DNA of 53,040 bases from Escherichia phage PO103-1. The stretch lies in the sequence record NC_079175.1. One strand, 5' to 3'. Positions 47,990 through 53,040 of this stretch are shown here, in pieces (position 1 is the first letter of the stretch; every line of letters begins with the position of its first letter). Under the pieces are notes generated by a model. That model was given only the letters and a program-made list of their open reading frames with translations, was not told the DNA's origin and did no database searches. The position numbers and the translations under genes were made by a program.

Positions 47990-48205
47990 TTATTTCACCA
48001 GGAAGTAGAGAACAATAAGGAATCCAACACATGCAATAATGGTTGGCATATAATTATCAATTTTACGATATTGACGTTCGACTGGCTTCTTGCCTTTAAT
48101 GGTGTCCATCAATTCTTGATGATTAATTTGCTGCATGAATGTGTTGAATTGCTGGTCGTTCATTATTTGCCCCTTAGCTTCACATTCTTCCCAACAAGCA
48201 CACAA
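47990..48205 (-). CDS. Hypothetical C-terminally anchored membrane protein
   Basis: 71 aa with C-terminal hydrophobic segment (IIACVGFLIVLYFLV). Confidence 0.35.
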   Translation of the reverse strand: MCACWEECEAKGQIMNDQQFNTFMQQINHQELMDTIKGKKPVERQYRKIDNYMPTIIACVGFLIVLYFLVK

Positions 48206-48208
48206 CCT

Positions 48209-48439
48209 TTAAGCCATCGTGTTTTTTAGATTTGCTGGAAACCAGGATTTAAATTCTTCGGAGTAAACCTTTGTGAAATGGAACTCAGGATTCCCAAATA
48301 CTATGTTAACGATTTTAGCCACCTTACGTGCTGGCATGCGAGGATTTGCAGCTCTTGCTAATTTCTTAGCTTTACGCTTTGAAGCACCATACATAGCCAT
48401 ATATGTAACTGTTTTGGTCATATATTTGAGCTTCTTCAT
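48209..48439 (-). CDS. Hypothetical basic protein
   Basis: 76 aa, Lys/Arg-rich. Confidence 0.4.
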   Translation of the reverse strand: MKKLKYMTKTVTYMAMYGASKRKAKKLARAANPRMPARKVAKIVNIVFGNPEFHFTKVYSEEFKSWFPANLKNTMA

Positions 48440-48606
48440 TTTCCACTCCGAGCAGCATCGAGCTGTTCTTCAAGAAGATTAATGTGTTGGCCCAAGAATA
48501 GGGCCATTTCACGAGAAATTACAGCAGATTTGATTTCTGGATTTTCTGCAATTTGCTTAACACCTTGCAGGAAACTCCAAAGACTCACTTCTTCGTTTTC
48601 GAACAT
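48436..48606 (-). CDS. Hypothetical small protein
   Basis: Hand-found 56-codon ORF (MFENEEVSLWSF...) filling the gap; its stop overlaps the next ATG (ATGA). Confidence 0.3.
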   Translation of the reverse strand: MFENEEVSLWSFLQGVKQIAENPEIKSAVISREMALFLGQHINLLEEQLDAARSGK

Positions 48607-48608
48607 AA

Positions 48609-48845
48609 CTAGCTCTTTATGAAATTGTTAATAAGAGTGTCCATCACTTCGTCTGTGAGAACATCGTCGTTAAATTGCTTGTTGGTGATTTCTATACCAA
48701 ATTCTTTGGCACGATTAACTAATTCACTGGTGGGAACATCAATCCATCCATCGTAGTTAACAACAAGCCTCTCCTTAAGAAATTCGACTTTCTCTTCATA
48801 AGAGGCCAACTCGATTAAGTCGGCCTTCAATTTAAACTGTGTCAT
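48609..48845 (-). CDS. Hypothetical protein
   Basis: 78-aa ORF. Confidence 0.4.
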   Translation of the reverse strand: MTQFKLKADLIELASYEEKVEFLKERLVVNYDGWIDVPTSELVNRAKEFGIEITNKQFNDDVLTDEVMDTLINNFIKS

Positions 48846-49030
48846 TTAGCCTCCAGAATTTGGCTCAATGAACTGAACACGATTTCCTCATGTTCGTCAG
48901 GTGTACATGCGTTGATGTATTCAAAGTCGTAACCAATAAACTTCTCCGCCCACTGTTGCAAACGAAGTAAAGAATTGAAGTACAATCTTTGCTCCACACC
49001 ATTTAACTTAAAGTAGACGATGAAGTCCAT
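48842..49030 (-). CDS. Hypothetical protein
   Basis: 62-aa ORF. Confidence 0.4.
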   Translation of the reverse strand: MDFIVYFKLNGVEQRLYFNSLLRLQQWAEKFIGYDFEYINACTPDEHEEIVFSSLSQILEAK

Positions 49031-49045
49031 GTTTACTCCTATGTA

Positions 49046-49264
49046 TTAAACTTCAATTGGCTCTTGAACTAAATCAGAGGCTGAGATTTCTTTAAACTCC
49101 TCCTCGGTAAAAGTTCTCTCATTGTCATTCAGCAGAACACCAATATTAGAATCACCAACGAATACGGCATTTACATTAACATCATCTTCCAAAACTTTTT
49201 GCAGGTGTTCTCCACCACGCGTAAAGAAGATTGCACCATCTTCCAAATCTTTAAAACGAATCAT
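49046..49264 (-). CDS. Hypothetical acidic protein
   Basis: 72-aa ORF, first gene after the non-coding repeat region. Confidence 0.4.
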   Translation of the reverse strand: MIRFKDLEDGAIFFTRGGEHLQKVLEDDVNVNAVFVGDSNIGVLLNDNERTFTEEEFKEISASDLVQEPIEV

Positions 49265-49553
49265 TTTATTCTCCTAAGTTAAAAGAACTCCCTACAGAAC
49301 GATTGTGGAGGTCTTGTCTTACCTCAATCCACCTTAAAGTTGTAGGGAGTTATATAGTATTCCTGTGTGTGCCGCCATCAGGGACTTCCTAGTCTGGTGG
49401 GCGCGTTGCAATCCAGCAATATACCACACGTTTTTCACAGGCTATATATGTGACACACAAAGTGTCGAAAAACTACAATGATTAGCTTGGAGACATAATC
49501 TCTCTAAAATCTGTCACACAATTTCAGCAGAATTTACAGAGATTTGGTCTTAT

Positions 49554-49574
49554 TCACATGCAACTAATGATAAA
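49554..49574 (-). promoter_or_regulatory. Early-region conserved motif copy
   Basis: tCATTAGTTGCATGTG at the lower edge of the non-coding repeat region. Confidence 0.3.
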
Positions 49575-49586
49575 TGAACATGCTTA

Positions 49587-49602
49587 ATTGCAACTAATTC
49601 AT
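49587..49602 (-). promoter_or_regulatory. Early-region conserved motif copy (degenerate)
   Basis: gAATTAGTTGCAat, tandem with the preceding copy. Confidence 0.25.
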
Positions 49603-49762
49603 CTGCCAAATAGACGAATTTTGTCACAATTAAACATGCACCATTAATTACAGGTTTACTCCCATACTTAACGTATTTGGCACATTAAGATTGGAGCAAG
49701 CAGGTACGGAAAACCGACCATGTACAGCATAATAAAACAAATTAAATAAAGGGTTTTATCCC

Positions 49763-49779
49763 AATATTGTCACAATATT
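49763..49779. promoter_or_regulatory. Palindromic operator-like site AATATTG-tca-CAATATT
   Basis: Perfect 7-bp inverted repeat with 3-bp spacer, followed by TACATGC. Confidence 0.4.
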
Positions 49780-50010
49780 ACATGCGATGATAAAGCCTTC
49801 GCTTGGCTGGAAGCCAGTATTCATGCGGGTTGCAAGAATATTGGGTTAATGCTGATACAGCTATTACATGCGAAATTGGCACAAATACTGTTACAAAATT
49901 AACATGCCAGATTGGTAGACGATTGTATCTTCGAGGTGATTAGTCCTCTAACAATTCTGCCACATTCCAACATGCCAATTTGTAGCAATATTTACATGCC
50001 ATACTGCGAC

Positions 50011-50027
50011 AATATTGTCACAATATT
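50011..50027. promoter_or_regulatory. Palindromic operator-like site AATATTG-tca-CAATATT
   Basis: Identical palindrome; partial copies near 48-62, 49617-49637 and 50192-50208. Confidence 0.4.
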
Positions 50028-50407
50028 TGTTGCTCAAAATCGGGGCGGGCTACGGGATTAGTTTCGCAGCTTTGCTCCGACTCTTCTCTTCTTTCGAATT
50101 CTGATTGAAAGAAAGAAGCATGTCCAAAAGTTCCAATATTATCAAAGTTATCTCCCGGCTTGTGGGTGGGCCTTTATAATAGGAGATGGAGCAATATTGT
50201 CGCAATTGAACATGCTATAGGTGAAGTACAAGTTTCGAATAGATATTCCTACTCTAAGTCATGGTTGCTGGAACTGTAGGTGGCCTACCTAGGGAGTTCA
50301 ATGATTGCCACATCATTACAACACTGTAACTCAAAGCTGACATGCTGAATGTTTCTAGAATGATTCAACATGACATGCGGAATATTTCTCCGTATTCTTT
50401 TACTTCA

Positions 50408-50427
50408 CATCCAACTAATGTTACAAC
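50408..50427 (-). promoter_or_regulatory. Early-region conserved motif copy
   Basis: gttgtaACATTAGTTGGATG between the RNAP-adjacent small gene and the non-coding region. Confidence 0.35.
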
Positions 50428-50495
50428 TGGCTACAATATTGAAGTCAGCTCTAAGATTAATTGGAACAAGAAAAGGGAGCCGAAGCTCCCAAGTA

Positions 50496-50732
50496 TCAGA
50501 ACGGTATCTCTGTATCAAAGAATCCAGAATTGTGCAAATATGCGTGCAATAATACATGCGATTCTTGCTTATATTCTGCTAACAATTCTAAGAAGTCTTT
50601 AGTCTCCTCCACTGTAGGACGAGATAAATTGTTCATGTCACAGGTGTGATGAGGATTGAAACAGTTTTCGATTTGATTGATTTGCATGGTATTCATTGTA
50701 GTCTCCAAGTAGTTGTGGTCATCCTTGACCAA
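50496..50732 (-). CDS. Hypothetical small early protein with C-terminal ...DTEIPF tail
   Basis: 78-aa ORF immediately downstream of the RNA polymerase gene. Confidence 0.4.
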   Translation of the reverse strand: MVKDDHNYLETTMNTMQINQIENCFNPHHTCDMNNLSRPTVEETKDFLELLAEYKQESHVLLHAYLHNSGFFDTEIPF

Positions 50733-50738
50733 TTAATA

Positions 50739-52679
50739 TTATTGACAGAAGTAGTAAGCGTGTTCGCTCATCAGAAGCTCTTCGGTTACGATGTTCTCAT
50801 GATACATCTGAATGCCACCAAGTTGCTTAGACAGATTCTCGAATTGATTGTTGGTTACAAAGATTTCAACATATGCTGCACGAATAACTTCCATCATACG
50901 TGGAGCATCTGCCAAACAGCAACGGAAACAATCATGGATTGAAGTGAAGCCACGAAGACCAGCTTCTTTAGCTTTAACTGCAACAGTACGAGCAACAAGT
51001 GCATCAATACCTTGAATGTAGTTAACAACGAAAGTACGCTTGAATTCTTCTTTAGTTGGATTGGATTCACGAATGGTCCAAGGCTTATTCTCCTGAATCT
51101 GACCAAAGATAACACGAGTTTGGCTGTCAACACGAATGCTGAATGCCTCACAGATTTCACGAGATGGGAAGCAAGGCTTCATTACAACCTGACCATCAGT
51201 GTGACGGTATGTGATGTACTCTTTACCAAGTTCAACACAACGGTTGTATGCAGCATCAGCAGCTTTCTCAATGAACATGTTAATCTTAGCACCCAATGCG
51301 TTATGGATTGCTTCCACACACAGTTCAGCAAATGCCTCAGCTTTCTCCATAGGAATCTGGAGAGCTTCTGTCATGTAGCTAATGAAGTCAGATGAACCAG
51401 TTAATGCAGCTTTACCACCACCGTATTGAATGGCCATGTAAGGAGTTTTGATAAACTTACGACCAGCTTTCGGATTCAAGAATTCATCCATGATTTCAGC
51501 AGATGGTTTCATTGAAGAACGGTCGAGTAACTTCAACAGCTCACGAAGACTCAACTGGTATGGGTCAGATGCTTTAGTCTCAGAATCAACCAGACCTGTT
51601 GCACGAGCCATTTCCATGTTACCAGCAATGAATGCCAGATATTGAGTACCAGAACATTTAGCATCTAATCCAAAGCCTACACGAGAATCGCATTCACCTG
51701 TAGTCTCAAACTTGAACCAATCCAGAGCCAGACGAACATAAGTGAATGGCTTAGAAGGACGTTCAGCTTTAGGCATGTTCATCATGCGAGCAAGTGAACC
51801 AGCTGGATTCTGAGCAACATAAGTTAAACGCTTAGCACTGCACCATTCACCACCAGAAATATCTTCCAGCTCTGCCATGAACATGTTGTATGCAATGGTA
51901 GTAGAACCATCTTCGTTAAACTTCTTAACGATGTTCTCAACATTGTGAGAATACAAGCAACGAGCAAAGTCAGAGGATTGTGGGTTAGGACCAGCACATG
52001 CTACATGATACAGGCGACCACGGTTATCAGCAAAGTAGTCAGAATACAGTGTGTCCTGATTCATCATTGCTACAGCATTGTTCCAAACATGGAGTTCAGT
52101 CTGGATTGCTTCTGGCATCTGCAAGCCACCGTAGGTACGTTGTTCAAGCATGGACTGGATGATGCGAACCATCTCAGTCTCCACATGGTACTCAGTATCT
52201 TGCAGGAATTCGATTGCAGCTTTCAGAGTCTTGGATGGCTTAACTTTGCCACCTTTAACGAAAGGCTTGCGACGAGATTCAGATGTAACACGCTCAGTGA
52301 ATGGCACTGCGGTGTCTTTGGTTGTAACCAGTTCAACCCATGTGTCAGTCTGTTGGAATGACTTGTCTTCGTTCATGGTTATGAAGCCAAAGTGCTTAGC
52401 CAGACCAATGAGGTTGATAGCTGGGTCAACATAGTGCATTGCTTTCAAATCGTTGTTGTAGCGGTTGGCATCAGCAATAGAAGCAGAAGCCAGCTCAACC
52501 ATCGCAATGGCAGGAACAACGTCGTCACGTGTGAAAGACGTCATCATCTTGAATATGGCTAAGGCAGCAATAGCACAAGTCTGAGGCTGCATATAGTTCT
52601 GCTTCTCTTTGGCACGGTATACCAGAGCAGTGATAGCAGGAACAACAGATTTGATAGTTTGAGTGGTGATAGTAGTCAT
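50739..52679 (-). CDS. Single-subunit DNA-dependent RNA polymerase (T7-like, compact)
   Basis: 646 aa; GLDAKCSGTQYLAFIAG, RKFIKTPYMAIQYGGG and SIHDCF parallel T7 RNAP DGSCSGIQHFSAML, RSVTKRSVMTLAYGS and HDSFGT; GGAG 8 nt upstream of ATG. Confidence 0.85.
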   Translation of the reverse strand: MTTITTQTIKSVVPAITALVYRAKEKQNYMQPQTCAIAALAIFKMMTSFTRDDVVPAIAMVELASASIADANRYNNDLKAMHYVDPAINLIGLAKHFGFITMNEDKSFQQTDTWVELVTTKDTAVPFTERVTSESRRKPFVKGGKVKPSKTLKAAIEFLQDTEYHVETEMVRIIQSMLEQRTYGGLQMPEAIQTELHVWNNAVAMMNQDTLYSDYFADNRGRLYHVACAGPNPQSSDFARCLYSHNVENIVKKFNEDGSTTIAYNMFMAELEDISGGEWCSAKRLTYVAQNPAGSLARMMNMPKAERPSKPFTYVRLALDWFKFETTGECDSRVGFGLDAKCSGTQYLAFIAGNMEMARATGLVDSETKASDPYQLSLRELLKLLDRSSMKPSAEIMDEFLNPKAGRKFIKTPYMAIQYGGGKAALTGSSDFISYMTEALQIPMEKAEAFAELCVEAIHNALGAKINMFIEKAADAAYNRCVELGKEYITYRHTDGQVVMKPCFPSREICEAFSIRVDSQTRVIFGQIQENKPWTIRESNPTKEEFKRTFVVNYIQGIDALVARTVAVKAKEAGLRGFTSIHDCFRCCLADAPRMMEVIRAAYVEIFVTNNQFENLSKQLGGIQMYHENIVTEELLMSEHAYYFCQ

Positions 52680-52749
52680 TTGTAAGTCTCCAAGATTGTG
52701 TATGATTTAACTGAAACGGATTATAATAGCGTAGCCATTACACAATTCA

Positions 52750-52770
52750 CTTCCAACTAATATCACAAAC
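52750..52770 (-). promoter_or_regulatory. Early-region conserved motif copy upstream of the RNA polymerase gene
   Basis: gtgatATTAGTTGGAAG about 75 nt upstream of the RNAP ATG; a TATAAT hexamer lies about 30 nt further downstream. Confidence 0.35.
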
Positions 52771-52910
52771 CTGTGCCATTGTTACAACAGCACGGAGACT
52801 TTGACCTTGACCCATAAGCGAAGCGCCTAACTTGGTGTTGTTTGAAAGCCGATAGGCTGTAGGAAAAAGTTGGAGTAGGGACCGTATTTAAGTCCGATAG
52901 GACGTTGGGC

Positions 52911-52974
52911 TTCCCCCCCTCCTCGGAGATAAAAATTTTAAAATAATAATGTCACAACTTCCCCTCCTCGCTGG
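52911..52974. repeat. Two C-rich direct repeats (T)TCCCCTCCTCG
   Basis: Copies at 52911-52926 and 52958-52974, near the right end. Confidence 0.4.
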
Positions 52975-52975
52975 C

Positions 52976-53040
<65 letters not shown>

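Larger units (their letters stand above)
49265..50340. promoter_or_regulatory. Non-coding repeat-rich region downstream of the RNAP gene (candidate origin/regulatory hub)
   Basis: About 1.1 kb with no ORF of 60 aa or more on either strand; at least 8 copies of (T/A)ACATGC and 3 or more palindromes. Confidence 0.35.

Noticed and set aside
49265-50340. CRISPR array as explanation for the repeated motifs
   Set aside because: Repeats are short (7-17 bp), irregularly spaced and partly palindromic, without the regular 28-37-bp repeat and spacer periodicity.

Overview
The window reads as a complete ~53-kb tailed-phage genome, flanked by artificial-looking poly-A runs (1-34 and 52977-53040), with essentially all genes on the minus strand. 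Read right to left it holds a compact T7-like single-subunit RNA polymerase (50739..52679), a ~1.1-kb motif-rich non-coding region, about 35 small early genes (39018..49264), GC-rich non-coding blocks with a tRNA-like element, a replication and nucleotide-metabolism module (36344..26877), a head module (26643..18441), a P2/Mu-style contractile-tail and baseplate module with three tail-fibre genes (18438..2403), then a holin-like gene, a secreted cell-wall hydrolase and a host-like nrdB. The layout resembles, from memory only, the phiEcoM-GJ1-like enterobacterial myoviruses that carry their own RNA polymerase; this needs a database search. The most interesting observations are a tape-measure-position giant protein carrying both a YqaJ-like nuclease and a lytic transglycosylase domain, two candidate programmed -1 frameshifts (tail chaperone, and a head protein gaining an Ig-like extension), a small protein ending in the E. 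coli SSB C-terminal tip, an ArdA-like anti-restriction candidate, an approximately 18-bp motif repeated 11 times only in the early region, and palindromic operator-like sites clustered downstream of the RNA polymerase gene. All functional calls rest on by-eye motif recognition in the supplied translations; no searches were run, and hand-derived coordinates may be off by 1-2 nt.
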